Made by a program: the position numbers and the translations under genes. The notes beneath the pieces were generated by a model. That model searched no databases. It was not told the origin of the DNA and saw nothing but the letters and a program-made list of their open reading frames with translations. DNA of 64,000 nucleotides from Candidatus Nomurabacteria bacterium. Lineage in GTDB: Bacteria > Patescibacteriota > Patescibacteriia > HK-STAS-PATE-3. The DNA lies in the NCBI GenBank assembly GCA_023898465.1, contig CP060223.1, positions 544,001 through 608,000 of the forward strand, given 5' to 3'. Positions 62,709 through 64,000 of this stretch are shown here, piece by piece. Within the stretch, counting starts at the first letter, position 1, and each line of letters begins with the position of its first letter.

Positions 62709-64000
62709 ATGCGAATCTTCGCACTAAAAACACTACGTCTCCTTAGTACTCCAGCCCGCAGCATTCTTGTGGGTGGACTTATTTTCGGTTTAATCGCCCA
62801 GCCACTGCTATCGGCTGCTGCGGTCCTGCCTCTTGATCAGGATGGTTCTGAGGGCGGTGGCGGTGGAATCGCCCCACAAACACAAGGCACTGACCAGCTT
62901 GTATTCGAAAAAACCTTTGATACAAACAGCCCTGCTGGAATGGCGAACTACATTCTTTCTTATGAGAATACAGGCGCTGTGCCGGTCTATAACGCTGTAG
63001 TCACTGACACCTTGCCTGATGAATTGCAATATCTCAGCTCAACTCCAAGCGGAAATGAAGCCGGTGGGGTTATTAAGTGGGATTTAGGCACTTTGGGCGC
63101 TGGTGTTTCGGGTGAAATTTATCTAAGCACAGTCATCGATAATGAAGCACTTGAGAACTGCGCTGACCTAACCAACACGGCCAATTTACAGGCAAAGCGA
63201 CCCGACACAACTCCGGTTGATCATCGTTTTGATATTACGGTCACTTCCACGGAAAATTTCTGCCCAATGGCGCCAGATCTCAGCATTACCAAGACCATTG
63301 TTGAGGAACAGCTTGGCTACATCGATTACACTCTCACCTATGAGAATAACGGTGACTGGCCAGCTTACAATGTGGAGATTCGGGATGTCCTGCCAAGCGG
63401 TTTAGCTGATATGGAAATCGATCCCCAACCAACTTTGGATGGAAATGACGCCGTATGGAACATTGATGCTATTCAGCCTGGTGATGGCGATACGATTTCA
63501 TTCCGCGTATGGTTTGACGCAAGTCAAGCTACTTGTGGTCCAATCGTAAATACCGCAACCATTACTCAACAAGACGGTCCTACACTGCAGGCCCAATATC
63601 GTGAGCGCAACCTCTCAAACAACGAGAGTCAAGTCAGCACTCAGCAGATCTATGGCATCTGTACTGGCACCATCCAGGGTCAGAAATGGAATGATGAAGA
63701 TGCAAATGGCATCTGGGACAATGCTGAAACAGGACTTGAGGGTTGGACTATCAACCTCCTGACTTCCTGCTCTCAGGATTTTGACGACTATAATTACGAC
63801 AGCACGAATGATGTTATTGATCTCGGTGACTTTGTTGGCTGGACCGATCACTACGTGCACAACATGGCTGATGCCGATCTTAACCAAGATGGCATCCTCA
63901 GTAAGCTTGACTTAAGCTGTCTCGGGATTTGGTTTAATAACGGACCAATCACTGATAGCATGTCTCTCGTCGCAAGTGACGTTACTGATGCTAATGGCAA
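62709..64000 (+). CDS. Large secreted surface protein (5' partial, runs off the window): signal peptide, Gly-rich linker, DUF11-type repeats, SdrD-B-like domain, dockerin/EF-hand-like Ca-binding motifs.
   Basis: Frame-3 ORF, absent from the track because it has no stop. MRIFALKTLRLL...LIAQPLLSAAAV. Repeats YILSYENTGAVPVYNAVVTDTLPDELQYLSSTPSG and YTLTYENNGDWPAYNVEIRDVLPSGL. GQKWNDEDANGIWDNAETGLEGWTINL (SdrD B-like). DLNQDGILSKLD. Confidence 0.6.
   Translation, partial: MRIFALKTLRLLSTPARSILVGGLIFGLIAQPLLSAAAVLPLDQDGSEGGGGGIAPQTQGTDQLVFEKTFDTNSPAGMANYILSYENTGAVPVYNAVVTDTLPDELQYLSSTPSGNEAGGVIKWDLGTLGAGVSGEIYLSTVIDNEALENCADLTNTANLQAKRPDTTPVDHRFDITVTSTENFCPMAPDLSITKTIVEEQLGYIDYTLTYENNGDWPAYNVEIRDVLPSGLADMEIDPQPTLDGNDAVWNIDAIQPGDGDTISFRVWFDASQATCGPIVNTATITQQDGPTLQAQYRERNLSNNESQVSTQQIYGICTGTIQGQKWNDEDANGIWDNAETGLEGWTINLLTSCSQDFDDYNYDSTNDVIDLGDFVGWTDHYVHNMADADLNQDGILSKLDLSCLGIWFNNGPITDSMSLVASDVTDANG

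Noticed and set aside
1-64000. CRISPR arrays, IS elements, integrases, rRNA and tRNA genes.
   Set aside because: No short regularly spaced direct repeats, no transposase or integrase-like ORFs, and no rRNA or tRNA conserved boxes (GGTTCGA-type T-loops) were seen anywhere in the window.

Overview
This 64-kb window comes from a compact, gene-dense bacterial chromosome, about 90% coding. Baseline GC is roughly mid-40s % by eye. Most genes have weak or no Shine-Dalgarno sequences, several gene pairs overlap by 4 bp (ATGA), and at least two regulators are leaderless. Gene content is tentatively Patescibacteria/CPR-like: many small membrane proteins and DUFs, a VirD4-like ATPase, a sigma-70-region-4/HARE-HTH protein and an FtsL-like protein. 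I see no rRNA, tRNA, CRISPR array or clear transposase. Recognisable housekeeping genes are secD-secF, a dcw cluster (mraZ-rsmH-ftsL-ftsI ... murF) interrupted by three AT-richer genes, glmS, xseA-xseB, a MutY-like glycosylase, a UvrD-family helicase, lexA, rplJ-rplL, mltG, a MacB-type ABC pair, a VIT1 transporter, mscL and two asparaginase-family genes (one degenerate).

Main observations, in order along the window:
1. A promoter-headed three-gene operon at 696-5130: sigma-r4/HARE-HTH protein, a TM protein and a VirD4/TraG-like ATPase with an RGG tail.
2. A Ni-superoxide dismutase precursor with its SodX-type maturation peptidase.
3. An XRE regulator whose 18-bp palindromic operator recurs at the promoter of a thiol-redox operon (Met/Asp/Glu-rich thioredoxin, then a CcdA-TlpA fusion), next to a 4-Cys membrane protein.
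4. Several GC-rich islands (~55-65% GC) whose genes carry strong AGGAGG ribosome-binding sites (hypothetical 282-680, pyrE-like, csrA-like with a long tail, a lipoprotein, glmS), suggesting horizontal acquisition.
5. Three promoter-plus-terminator small-RNA candidates, one between pspC and mscL and two in tandem between murF and the dcw insertion.
6. Three DnaA-box-like/MraZ-box direct repeats upstream of mraZ.
7. A 1.3-kb GC-rich non-coding region between the helicase and lexA, with a minus-strand promoter, an intrinsic terminator and SD-led micro-ORFs.
8. A probable SOS box, a direct repeat [A/C]TTCGG-N5-CTTCGG, found twice: in the leaderless lexA promoter and just upstream of an ImuB-like, catalytically dead Y-family polymerase.
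9. A tight operon of DUF2207, a nucleoside-deoxyribosyltransferase-like protein and a pseudo-asparaginase.
10. A partial large surface protein (DUF11/SdrD-B/dockerin-like) at the right edge.

All calls are from reading the sequence and remembered family motifs. No database search was possible.
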